Shown here: positions 27,765 through 41,017 of the stretch, in pieces
How positions within the stretch are numbered: the stretch's first letter is position 1
Layout: every line of letters starts with the position of its first letter
NCBI GenBank assembly: GCA_012295275.1
Contig: CM022672.1
Location: 24,862,001-24,926,000, forward strand
Origin: Chrysomallon squamiferum
Taxonomy: Eukaryota > Animalia > Mollusca
Direction of reading: 5' to 3'
DNA length: 64,000 bases
Notes under the pieces: model-generated
Told to the model about the DNA's origin: nothing
Databases searched by the model: none
What the model saw: only the letters and a program-made list of their open reading frames with translations
Translations under genes and position numbers: made by a program

Positions 27765-29352
27765 GGCACCAGCAACAGTAGCAAATAAAAAGTATTAATT
27801 TGGCTAATTTCTAGATTAGAAAAAAAAAAAAAAAAAAAAGAAAGTAGAGACAGAACAGAGAATATGATACATAAACACAAGACAACTTTCAAACATATCC
27901 ACTGAATATATTCTCTTCAAACACAATAACACACCCTCAAAGATACAGCACGTGCATACTGGTTTATCTCATTTGTAGCCAATCAGCGCGTCTCATATAC
28001 CCACATAGGCTATATTGTTTTCAAGAAACAAGTGCGCTGATTGCTTCCTAATGCGTTCCAATGCTGTATTCCACAAACACACAACGTCATCCTGTTTACT
28101 CAGCTGATCGGCCCGTGTTTCCGTTCCGGCCCAGAATTTCTGTGACTGGCAGGTGCAACAGGTGATGTGATGCCGTAACGTCTGGAATGTCATCATCGTG
28201 CATGCTGTAGTGTGATGGCGGCACGTATGGAGAGGAATATTTTCTGAATCGAAAAAAAGAGAGAGAGAGAGAAAAAAAAAATAGTAATGAAAACACAACA
28301 ACAAGCAGTATTTATCCACTCAGTGTAAAGTTGCGGAACTGAAACGAATGGCAAAGAAAACAACGTGAAAGAAATTCGAAAATCCTACTCTCTGAAGAAT
28401 AAAAATCTGGATAATGGAATTCAGAATTTCTCTGACTTTTTTTTTTTTAAAGTTTAGATGGTGTAGGCTTTTGTTCAGTTTTTGTTTTCTTTCTTTTTCG
28501 TTTTCTTTGGTGACTTTCTTTTATCTTTTGCTTCTAATTTTTTGTTCTGTGTTTTGCAGCATGTCTTTCTTTTTAAAATGAATTAATTTTAATTTTTATT
28601 TATTTATTATGTTTCAGATTTGAAAAAAAAAAAATATATATATATATATATAAAACAAAAACGAAAGGTCATAAATAAATATATAAATAAATAAATAAAT
28701 TGATTAAATAATTTTTAAAAAATGAAAAATAAACAAAAGCAATTTAATTTGTGCAAATACAAAACCTCTAAAATATGTATCTTGCAACTATGCTTATTTT
28801 TGGAACAGTCATTAAAATCAACTTCGTTATAAAAATAACATTATTCTCTTTAAAAATCATATATATATCTTTACATTAATAAATCCATGAAAACTGACAT
28901 TAAAAGGATGTTTTGAAGTTAACTACTGGAAACAAAAATAACTGATGAATATATTTATGGACCTCTTTTTTCTTCAGTTTTTAATCTTTCTTTTTTGTAT
29001 TACCATCAAAGTTTTACAGCATCTTTTTCTTCGTTTTCTTTCTGTTATTATATATTTTTATTTATTTTTATTTTATATTATTTTATTTACGATATTTTTA
29101 TTTTTATCTGTATATAAAGCTTTTTATAAAAACAAAATTAAATATGATACTGAAGTAGTTTTATTAATTTTTATTAATTCATTAATAAATTTATTTATTA
29201 TTTTATTATTTTATTTTATTTTATTTCATTTTATTGTTTTAATATTATTGTTGTTGTTGTTGTTGTTGTTGTTATTATTATTATTATTTTTGTTTTGTTT
29301 TTTAAATTTCTTCTTTTCTTTCCCTTTCTTATTAAAAAATGAGAGAAGGAAG

Positions 29353-29395
<43 letters not shown>

Positions 29396-29868
29396 AAAAA
29401 GAATTCATCAATAATATGTCCTAATAAAATTTCCCAGCATTGATTTGAAACTAACTAGTCTTTTAGTCTTTGTTTGGATGGCGAATTACTGCCAATAAAA
29501 AGTCTTATACTTGAATCAATACTATTCTAATGTGTCCACAACTGTGTTTAGATTTCTTCTCTCACACAGAACCTCTGCGATCGATTCCCGTCAAGGGACA
29601 AGGAGCGACATACAGTTCAAACACTGCTTTCAGAACTATGAGACACGTGTTTATGCAGGCCATTGTTCATCTAATATCTAGTGTTTACTCATCGTTTGAT
29701 GGCAAACTTGGGCAGGATAACTTGAAATGGTTTTCATTTGTTTATACTGGACATCTAATTCGGTTTTATCTTGTATTTGTTTTATCAGCAATAGTAAATA
29801 TTTCAGTACACGGTTTCATATATAAATACCTGTACGCGAGAGCATGTTCAAGTGCTGACATACGCACG

Positions 29869-29900
<32 letters not shown>

Positions 29901-30602
29901 TTTACAGATACACGCTCACACAGACAGACAGATACACATGCCCACATATTTTATGTCGGTGAATGAGTGTGTATTTTAATTTATTTTTTTTCTTCTTGTA
30001 ATCATTGTAAAGAAGTTCATACATCCCAAATCTCAAGGGACTGCTGGGTTGCTATAATTCCTCTGGTATCCAAGATGACACTTTAACCAAAGTCTAAGCC
30101 GATTTTCTGCTTCTCGAGTGGTGAATATTACGTGCTAAAGTGGATTTTACCGACTACCAGTAGCCTCCTAGCTGTGCCAAATCGAAGACAACCCGATAAT
30201 CTGTATCATTCTGGTTCCCCCTGGCTAAACAAGTTAGCTAGCCACTGTGAGTTTAAATACTGCAAGCATTTACTTTTCGTTTTAAAGAGCTTCTTTCATT
30301 TCGACAGATGATCATTTAACATTTTGTAAGATGTTACATTTTTCGCAAAACTGAAGGTTTTTGCGACACAAGAATGTTATGTGAACGATTCACCAGTGCC
30401 CCAGTTTCGAAACTTACTCTTAACCAGCTGGAATCTCCACAACCGGTGTGGTACCAGTATTTTGCTACACTACTTGTGAATAGAAAAATAACTAGTTGCA
30501 AAGATTAATAATGATTATTATTCAACATTATGATTGGCATCATTATCATTACCACTGATACCATCATCATCATCTTTATGCTTTTACTACTACTACTACT
30601 AT

Positions 30603-30652
<50 letters not shown>

Positions 30653-32009
30653 TAAATAAACGTTTATCTACTATCGTAAACTTTCTTTTTCTGTTATACA
30701 GTCTTTATACTTTTGTATTACTGGCATTTATGATCTCTGTCATTAACATGTCATACTATAAATCTCATTTCGTGAACATCCAAGAGTTGTCACCTCGTTT
30801 CATCACACGTTGTGTTTTCCAAGTCTGGCATCTCAGCAAACTGCAATTAAAACTAAAACCGACGTTTTAGTAGCATAGAAAATAAAAATTTCACATTCTG
30901 CAACCAATTCCCAAACCGAAGCTCACCTTCATCAAACTGCCATGCAAGATAACACTAACCTTACCGAGGTCAGAGGTCATATACCTTTAGTCCCGGCTCC
31001 TAGTTAAACTATAATGTATTCGTGAGTGCACTGCATGTTACTAACGTAAATATTCTGATTTGATAGAGGAATAGTTTTTTAATTAGCGTTTTTTTCTTCT
31101 ACAACTACTATCGAGTAGGAGGGCTACACGACAGACTGATAACGTCAGGAGACAAATATGATCACATGGTTGATATGAGGGTCTGAAACGGTCAATAAAG
31201 ACATCGGTGCGTAGATGAAACAGACAGGTCGGGTCGTTTCTTTAGTGACATATTGTTTTACACCGGCTAGACCGGTTTTATCATTAGCTGAATTAGAATA
31301 CTATTTAATGGAAGTTTGTACTCGTTGTTGTTGTTGCTGCTGTTCTTGTTTACATTCTTCATCTCACCATTATCATCATCAAGTTCATCATCATCATCAT
31401 CATCATTATTATTATTATTATTATCATCATCATCATCATCATCATCATCATTATTAAACCAATTTATTATTGTTATTTTGTTTTTCTTTTTACATCTTTG
31501 ATAGATAATGCTATAAAAAAATTAAGTTTAAATTCAATTTATGTATTACTCATAGTACATCTTCTACTTACAGTAAATCTTTTACGTATTATTGTCAAGC
31601 GGAAACAGGGGTATTATGATTTATTATTATATATATTAAAAAGAAAGTTAATTTCTATTAAGCTCCCAATTACATTACTGCTACCTGGTTGTTGGGTCAA
31701 AATAGTAGTTGGCTGAAACAACAGATAATAATTACTCATAAAATCAACTTCACCTAAACGAGTTGACACTTTTTATGGTTTGTGGAATAATTTCTTGCAG
31801 AGACAAATACGCAAGTCCTCTAATGAGAATAATTGTACAAGGAAGCATAAATAATATTTAATTAATAATGACACATCACAAACTTAATGCACCCCGCGAT
31901 TTAAGTTTTATTGTCAGAGTGCTAAACTTAAGACATTCTTCATAAATGAATCTATCAGTTAGCAAAACAAAAATTGAAACAGTGTGTTAACTCAAAGACC
32001 TTTAAATCC

Positions 32010-32094
<85 letters not shown>

Positions 32095-33609
32095 CGATAA
32101 TTATTAGTATTATTTCTATTTATACTTTTCTGTTGTTTTCAAATAGTTTTGTCATGAATTATTCAACGGTCGATGATGGACCAGACTGAAGATTTTGATT
32201 ATTAATACAGCGACACTCGTAATGAAGTCAGAAGAAAAGGCAAAGAAGGAAAGTAACAAGACCGTGTTCTCGTTCACTCTTCCACTGTCCGTGAACCTGT
32301 CTGTAATCCTCACAAGACAGAACTTATAAACAATGTCACGACACGGCATCAGTCAAAGTCAACCGATTGTACAGTCTGAAATTGGCCACTTAAAATTTAA
32401 TGGGGCGCGGGTCGAGCGAAATATTTCGATCGTAAATTCGCCTAGCAGTGACGTCAACGAGCGGATGGTGATGTTTTCAAGGTGTGTTATCAGCGGGTGA
32501 TAGCAGTGAAAGCTTTGATAGCGAATCATTGCAGGTTTATAGCCCAGCTATCTGTGCTGTCTGACTCCGCGTAGCACCGAGTCTGCATGGTGACCACTTA
32601 CATCAGTCCGTGTTGCTTGTTTTCTAATTCTAACAATAATGGTAACGATCTGTCACTGTTTTTACTGGTACTAATTCCGATAATAATTATGTTGATAAAT
32701 CAGTATTTTCTAATGATGATGATGATGATGATGATGATTCCTTCAAATATATTTTTTTGTATTAATAATGATCATGATTGGCATTGTATTTGCTAGAACT
32801 AACAATGACGATAATGATAATTTTGATCTATCAATAAAATATTTTCTAGTATTAATAGATACTATAATTCTCAATGTATTTGCTACGTCTAAAACGCTTT
32901 TATTAATATATTAATATATTATTATATTTGGTAAAAAAAAAAAAAAAAAAAGAAGAGAGATAATACAGACATTTGTACTGATGATTACGGATCATTAATA
33001 ATCTTGTAACTCTTAACAATAATAATCTTCAGTGTAATAATTAGAAGTTCCAAAATATTTTCTTGATGTTATTGTTTCTGTCCACAAAAATCACTGAACG
33101 CATTGACTGTTACTTAAATTAGCAGAGATAAAGCTCTCAGTATAAACGAAATTATCCTCTTATTCCGTTAATTAATAATTAGACATCAACATTTAAAACA
33201 ACAACAACAACATTTTTTTTAGAAAACAAGACAGTAAAGAAGGAATATGAAGTTCTCGAAGGTAATAAAAATTATAACATACAAAAATAAACAAATAAAT
33301 AAATAACAACAACAACAACAAAAAGGACCCAAGAGAAAGTAACTCTGTTTATCTATCTATTAGTAACTGTTGGCGGAGATTACGACATGAAGAATGGGTA
33401 ATGTAAGAAGGGAGAAAACTCATGTTGACAGATGAGGTCAGGCTGATTCGTCGTTGATTTACTGACCCGAGACACGATTTACTGCACAGACTTTCATAAT
33501 TTGTTGCAAATTTTTTTACTGGTAAAATATTTACACATACTGTCTTTGATTTTGTTCTAAATAGATATTGAGATTAGATTTTGTTTTTCACTACAAACAC
33601 ACACAAAAC

Positions 33610-33642
<33 letters not shown>

Positions 33643-34625
33643 TTATTTAATTAAAAAAAATTATTATTTGCTTTTTAATTTGAAACTTTAAAATGATTAA
33701 AAGTGTGGAAAACGATCGTCTATAAACACACATAAGCACACACATTCATATAAATGCGCCATATTTAGTTTACATCCGTTAAATATAGTTGAATATTTAT
33801 AATGTATTAGCTCGATATTACACTAAATATAAATTCAATTTTGCTTAGAAACGTCAATTTAAATTAAATTAATAAGCAGAAAAACAAAATATAAGAGCTT
33901 AAAAATTTCAGTTTTAGAACTTAACGTTTTCAGGTTTGATTCCAGGTGGAAGCCATCATACACTGTTGGTTGACATTTGCAGCATGTGCTAGTCAGGTGA
34001 GTTGGAAATGAAGCCACACGAGCAGTAAGACGTTTACAGTGTCAAGAAGGCATTCTCTAATAACTGGCATAGCAAATACAATTTGTAATGAATCTGTACA
34101 AACGTTTGCTTAAACAATGTGGTTTTCTTTACAAACACAGAATGATGAGGATGGATAAAAGATGTTTGGATGAGAGTGCTGAATATCAAATATGTAACAA
34201 ACAGCAGATGATGTGACACGTCTGATGGCAGACAAGAATTCTGTAAAAGTAAAACACACAATTTCTTTTTTTCACTTTTAATTTTTAGGTTGATGTTAGT
34301 GACTGACTATCTTCAGCAAATCTCTAGTCAATACGATTTAGATTCGGAAAATTTAATGTCAGTGTCATAGTCAAATTTGTAAAATGTGTTTTATCGTAAA
34401 AACCGACCATTGGACAAATGTTCAAATGAAGAAATAAACTTAAGAATAACTTACCAGGCCATAAGACAATAGTAGCAACAACAACAGCACCACCGGCAGC
34501 TGTAGTAGTTGCAGGAGTAGTAATATTAGTAGGAAAAAGAGTAGATGAAATAGTAGTAGTGTTAGTAGTATTATAGTAATAGTAGTGACAGTAAGAGCTG
34601 TAATAGTAATAGTTGTTTTAGTATC

Positions 34626-34757
34626 AGTAGTAGCAGCAGCAGTTATAATAGTAGTAGAGTGAATGATTATAGTAACAGCAGCAGCAGTAGTAGCAGCAGC
34701 AGCAGTTATAATAGTAGTAGAGTGAATGATTATAGTAACAGCAGCAGCAGTAGTAGT
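34626..34757. repeat. 63-bp tandem duplication within an AGT/AGC-rich low-complexity tract
   Basis: AGTTATAATAGTAGTAGAGTGAATGATTATAGTAACAGCAGCAGCAG starts at both 34641 and 34704. Confidence 0.85.
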
Positions 34758-34898
34758 AGCAGCAGCAATAGCAGTAGTAGTAGCAGCACATCAGTTATAA
34801 CATTAGTTGTAGCAAACTGCTTTGAAATAAATATTCATCTGAGCATATCTGTAATTTATATATAAAAAATTATTGTTAGTGACAAATGACTAAGCTAT

Positions 34899-34934
<36 letters not shown>

Positions 34935-35505
34935 AAAGGAAGTGTTTGGAACATTCGTAATGGAAAAAATATATATTACATTTTTGCAGTTTATTTTTTT
35001 ACATCAAAAAAAGTGATTGAAATAGTTAAAAAAGAAGAAGAAAAGAATTACTCTTTTCTCAAGATTATAAAATTATATTTCATGAGTCTTACGAAAGAGC
35101 CGAACCACGGTTCCCACAGAAGAAAAGCAGGGCACTCTTTAGCCATATTGCCGCAATCTGTCGACTGTATATAACTGAGCGTATTGTAAGTACGAAAACA
35201 GAAGCTAGTAGAACTAAGTTACCTCGCAATAATCTGCTTCTCATTATTGGCTTGTGAAGATGGCGGAATGGGACGAACGTGTTTGTCGTCTGCTCTAAGT
35301 TACTGCCTCCGTATCGTCTGCGATTACGGCACGAGGCGTGGCAGAAGATAAAACACAGCTTCTTTACGACACTCTCACCTTGAAACGTCATGAAAAAGAA
35401 ACTTAACTTTGATCACGAGATCGACAGCGGCAGTAAATTTAAAGTTTCTTTCATCGCATGTATCTCCAGAGGTTAAAAATATAGTTTATCGTCAATATTA
35501 ATTTT

Positions 35506-35537
<32 letters not shown>

Positions 35538-35647
35538 CAGGGGCAGTATGACTATTTTACAAGAGATGTCTTTTATCAATATCACATTAAATCAAATAAG
35601 ATATAATTGTTAATGGTGAAAAAGGTCTTGATATTTTAAGGGTGAAG

Positions 35648-35685
<38 letters not shown>

Positions 35686-36553
35686 CATATGAGAATATAA
35701 ATTTGTTTAATTTTTAATTTTTTAAATAATAATAATAATTTTTTTTTTTATCATTTTGTTCACTCTACATGATTACCGTTTCTTTTTTATTTTAGATAAC
35801 GAAACATATCAATGTTATTATTTTTTTTTACTATTTATTTTATTATTATTTTGTTTTTCACTAGACAAGTAAGAATTTATTACAGTTATAAACTGTTGCT
35901 TTTGCAATAAAATTTACTTCTATCGAAATGTTGATTTATTATTTATAAGATTACCAGTCGTAAAATCACGATAACAGTAGTAATATAACTAAAAAAAAAA
36001 TAATTATTATTTTTGTGATATTTCCTTTAGCTTTTTAAAAATTAAATACTTTATTAATAATAGTATATATGTATATATTATTTTTAATCATTAACAGGTC
36101 AGTCCACAAATAAGTAAATATGTAAATCATTCACAGTTATGTCATGAAAGCTATTCTGACAGATTTAAAGTAAATAAAAATAACTTATGAATAATCTCAG
36201 ATGTATCTGTAAGTATGCAGAGAAAAAAAAATATAACATTTATCAAAAAAGAAACACAACAAATAAATAATAAAATGTATCATCATCAAAGTAAAGTACA
36301 ACACAGACAGATAACAGTAATTATTTCTAGGAGAGAGAAGTAAATAGAAAGCCAAACAGCCAAACAACTGCACTGTTACAGATAACAAACAGATTAAATA
36401 GAGAAACAAACAAACATACACAGACAGTCATATAGACAGATGGAAAGAGAGAAATAGACAGATATATAGGCAGACTGACATACATATATAATGATATAGA
36501 CAATATAGATATTGTCTACTATTCCTCCAAAATGATGTTGTAATTAATTCACA

Positions 36554-36667
36554 TCGTTAGCACGTGTTACAGCAACCCATGTCAGAACTCGGGTACGTGT
36601 ATAGATGGTCTTGATGAATACACGTGTAAATGTCCAAAAGAATTCAGTGGAAATTGCCTGTTGGAAA
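36554..36667 (+). pseudogene. EGF-like domain exon (Notch/fibropellin-type)
   Basis: [34 protein letters not shown]: C-x4-C-x5-C-x8-C-x-C spacing and the C-x-D-x4-Y-x-C-x-C hydroxylation consensus. The last loop is one residue short. Phase-1 donor GAA A|gtcaga; acceptor reads ttcaca with no AG. Confidence 0.85.
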
Positions 36668-37114
36668 GTCAGATATTACTAGAAAATATAATGGAAATGA
36701 GGAAGATAATGTTTTAAATTAAACAATGTGTCCTGTCTCAATAAAGACAGTAATATTGAAAGTATTGCATTCTTCTTATTTTTATTAGTATGCATAACAT
36801 GTGACTCAAATATTTAAATTTAAAAAAAATCATTATTGAAATTCAAATTTGTAGATGTGTGTTAAATTATTGTAAGTAGCTTCACTTAATATATAATTTA
36901 ACTTAATTTTATTTAATTTAATGGGATGTGTGTTAAAAATAATTCAAATTTATATGCGTAATTGAAAGCTGTTTTCATGTGACTACATAATTCTTTCGTT
37001 TGATTTATCGTTTAACTGGAAAACATTTGAATTATGACATTTTTTAAATTCTGATTAGGCTAAACAAAAGCATGGTGATAATGTTTCTGATACGTATCAT
37101 TAACATCATCATAG

Positions 37115-37294
37115 CGACAGCCTGTCCTGAACAACAAGTTCCAGCAGACAGTTCTAAAGAAAGACATGACCAACTTGTGTCTGGTGTTCTGTTGTCAAGA
37201 CAACTCACTTCAGTTTGGTTATGATCATCGTCAGTGGTGGGTTTATGGAGCTCACGGTGCCTGGATCCTGTTGGCCCAGTTCCAAAATGTCTGG
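37115..37294 (+). pseudogene. Degenerate sushi/CCP-like exon
   Basis: atag|CG ACA GCC TGT CCT gives TACPEQQVPADSSK; the middle in a shifted frame gives VFCCQDNSLQFGYDHRQWWVYGAHGAW; the end returns to the first frame as GPVPKCL G|gt. Matches the C-P...C...G...R.C...G.W...P.C pattern; phase 1-1; in-frame TGA. Confidence 0.55.
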
Positions 37295-37606
37295 GTTTAA
37301 AATATGTACCGAGATTTTATTTTATTTTTATTTTTTAGAACGCACTGCCTTAGTTATTTCACTGTCTGAGTGCTATACGACAATGTCCTGAAAGAAAAAG
37401 TACTGTTGGCAACAGAAATAAATAGTCTAAATAAGCGTAGAAGAGATATATTTATATATCAGCAACAGATAATCTGAATATAAAAATTATAATACAAATT
37501 TAGTTCTGATCTATAACTGCTATAACAAATCCGATTACAAATTTAACATTATTATTATTATTATTATTATATTATTATTTTCTTTTTGTTTTATTTTTTT
37601 TTTTTT

Positions 37607-37791
37607 AAAACCAACCGCTTTCTGGAGGTAGAGTAGATGGTGAATATGCATACAAGGACTGTTCCAGTGATTTGAGTCGAATGCAGTCGACATACGTGGA
37701 GAAACTCAAACAGTCTGAATTCAGTTACCTGTGTGAGAAGTACAAAGAGGAGTGTGTTTCTGACAACGTGGCTTTTCGGTGCAGTCAGTGA
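37607..37791 (+). pseudogene. Terminal exon encoding a 4-Cys domain: NQPLSGGRVDGEYAYKDCSSDLSRMQSTYVEKLKQSEFSYLCEKYKEECVSDNVAFRCSQ*
   Basis: Open, protein-like frame directly after a long polypyrimidine tract (acceptor AG missing), phase-1 compatible with the sushi exon, ending in TGA at 37789-37791. Confidence 0.65.
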
Positions 37792-39426
37792 TGTGTGTGT
37801 GTTTTTTGATGTGTGCAATTAGATGAATGTAAGCAGTGATTTTAATACTAAAATCGTATTCTTTAATTAATAGAATAATGTTGTGTTGCTATAAATGAAA
37901 CTGATAATAAAAGAAGAAAATAGTTTCCGCCATCCGTTCTTTGTCCGTTATCACCGAAAGATATTTTCTGTTCACTTTATCGTAGTCAGGAAAGCACATA
38001 CGAATGCCTTATATAAAGAACTTGCTGGGACTCAAAAGTATAAGAGAAAATCGCGTAGCATGGTCTTTCGTGAACACATATGGGTGTTTATATCAGAATT
38101 GATCGTACAGCGCTACGGAGAAAGCTGTGCACCAATGAACTACAAACTAACGTTATTTATGTGAAATTGCCGTCGGAAGCAACTGTCCTTTTTTTATTAA
38201 ACCGTACTCAAAAATCGCAATCTTAAATGTCAAAACAATGTTTTAATAGCTGTTAGAAATGTTTTATTTAAAAGAATTTGTGAGAGATGATGTCATTAGA
38301 AGGAAGTAGGGTTTCTTTCTTCCTTTTTTTTTTTTTTTTTTTTTTAAAATATAAATAAAGATTATATATTTAAAGGAAACAGACTATGGTAAAAAAGATT
38401 AAAGATTACATGATGTTGCATGAAATTAAAAAAAAAAAATTAAAATAACAACAACAAAATGTGTTAGCCTTCTAAATAAATTTTATATATATAAATATCC
38501 TTTAAGCTATATGTCTATTTTTATTTCCTTTTTGTTCTCATTTCAAGTATAATGCCTAAAGATAGGTTAAAATGAACTAGCTATTCCTTCGTCTTCATTA
38601 AATGCATATTACTATCTAAATATTTAATAATAACAACAACAACCATAATTATGAACATAACAATACAACATAAATATAATAATCATAAAAAGAAGAAGAA
38701 ATAAATAAATTGACAAAATGATTATTTCAAATCCTCAGAAATTCCGATACTTTTACTGATCTTTAATGTAAAAAAACGCAAATTCAAAAAAGAAAATGTA
38801 AAGAAATTTTCAAAAACGTAAACACAGAGACATAATTTAAATTCTAATAAAAGTTATTTTCAAAGATTAATACAAACTTCTCCGCATTCAGCATTTTATG
38901 ATTCACATTAGAATTATTTTAATAGAAAAAAATATTACATAATTAGACTGAGATTTAATTGCCAAACATGCCACATTCCTTACAAATGTTTCAGTGGTCA
39001 ACCAACTCAAATATTTTCGTAAATGTAGCATTTGTAAATCTTTCCAGTTGTTAAATCTTTCGAATCATCTAGCCTTGGGCGCTGAATCTATTTTAAAATT
39101 CTCATGGTTTCACTGTCCTGAAATACCACCTTCCAGAACCCTTGAAACACCTCACACATCTAACAACGCGTAACAGTTCTACTCTGCCTCAGGAAACGCG
39201 CATGCGTTAAATGTGGAACACGCGACAATACTTGGTTAAAGAATATCGATCTTTAAAGAGCTCTTCCCTAAGGGAGAGAATCTGAGAGATCTTAATTTCT
39301 GTCGAGTGAACTTTGAAGAGCGTTCGGCTGTTTGGACACAACCCGTAACAAAGAACTTTAAATTCGAAATAACCTTTCGTCCGGTTTCCGGCGTCCATAA
39401 ATGGTGGCACATGGAAGCCAAATATA

Positions 39427-39460
<34 letters not shown>

Positions 39461-39886
39461 TGAACGATATAAACAGTAGGCATATAAGCAATTTAAAAAT
39501 ATATAGGTTTTAATGGATCGTTGAAATATCGTCGTTACAATGATTAGACTCTAAGATTTCCTTCCAAAGTTTTATCTCTGTCACAAATATTTTTAACGAG
39601 TGGTTAGATTAGATTTTAATTGTAGACGTTTGTATCAGAGCTGTTGATACGTCAGACAGTTGTTGTTAACGTGGATGCGAAACTGCTAGTGTTAACATGA
39701 CAGCAATTTCACCAACAAACACGACAGTGACACTTACGTTTATTTCGGCTTCGTTATCTCACTGGCTTGTGAGAATAAACGCGTAATACTATGAAGCGCA
39801 CATCTTGAGAATTTCTTCACAAGATGGGAATATATCTTTTAAAGCAACACTACCTTTAGAAACGTCTTTTCAGTCTGATATTTGTA

Positions 39887-40054
39887 CAGTAGCGTAGGGT
39901 GGGCGGGACCAGAGGGGCAGTTTCCCCGGGCGCAAAAATTCTTAGGTTCAGTCCTGGAGTATGGAATGGGCTTGGGGATGGCTCATTTCCAGGGTTAGAG
40001 GGCGCAGTACACTTGCCTTGCCCAGGACATTGGCCATCAAAGCTTACCCTTCTG
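39887..40054. mobile_element. Degenerate MITE / non-autonomous DNA transposon remnant (about 168 bp)
   Basis: GC-rich island starting CAGTAGCGTAGG and ending CTTACCCTTCTG (9/12 inverted match), flanked by TA on both sides; internal GGGGCAGTTTCCCCGGGCGC and GGGCGC..TTGCCCAGG subterminal motifs. Confidence 0.55.
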
Positions 40055-40926
40055 TAGTCTCTCGGCCTCAAATCTGTGGTTTGTTTCTATTTTGTTGCTG
40101 TTGTTGTTGTTGTTGTTATTTTTTCTTCTTCTCTTTCTTCCTATTATTATTATTGTTTAATATTTTCTATTTGGTGGGAAACGCTATATTTAATTTAACA
40201 TTTACTTTCCGCTCTTATTTGACACAGAAGAAACACATAGTCAACATACATAAACAGATGAATAGAGGGACAGATAAACGGACAGAACGGCACAGAGGCA
40301 AACATATAGACAGAAAGACAGAGAGACGTACAGATAGATGACTGCACAATAGAAATCCAAAACGGAAGATCAAAATCTAGAGTTTTGTCAATTATTCGAC
40401 TTTGTGCGCGTGTGTACGAATGAACGTTCGGAGGAGAAGCTGACTGGGTATGGAAATGAAAACACGTCATGTAGATAAAGAAAACACACGCCACAGTTAT
40501 CTGTCAGCAAAAGCCAGAGCTGGACCGAGACAAAACAAACTGAATGTGTATCTTTTTGTTGTGTAAACGGACAGAAAGTCGAAGCTGTCGGAAACAGCAG
40601 TGGCGGCGATCAACGCGCGCTGAGAACAGTTTACCACGTGGTCCACGCTTTCCGGGGGAGCGCGAAATATTATATATGCACATAGCGAGAAGAATCAGAA
40701 GACATTCCGCCAATTTTGTGCATTTGTTGATTTATTTTTGCTGTGAATAGTTCAGTGACATTAATGCATGTAACAGTTATTTTGTATACCAATGTTGTGA
40801 GAAACAAGAAGATGGAAGAAAGAACAGTGCACGTGCTTAAGTCATACTTCGGACTAATAATAATGCAAACCAACCGTCAGACTCACGGATAGGAAAACAT
40901 AAAAAAAGTAATTTAGTAAAACACAT

Positions 40927-41017
<91 letters not shown>

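Larger units (their letters stand above)
33387..37791 (+). pseudogene. Decayed gene for a secreted EGF + sushi(CCP)-like + Cys-rich C-terminal domain protein
   Basis: Collinear, phase-compatible exon remnants: 33387-33397, 33934-33996 and 36098-36113 (tentative signal-peptide region), 36554-36667 (EGF), 37115-37294 (sushi-like), 37607-37791 (terminal). Several indels, an in-frame stop and missing acceptor AGs. Confidence 0.65.

Noticed and set aside
37339-37440. Possible extra exon after ttttttag (THCLSYFTV*VLYDNVLKEKV...)
   Set aside because: Stops in the candidate frames, no clear domain pattern or donor, and it is not needed to join the sushi and terminal exons.
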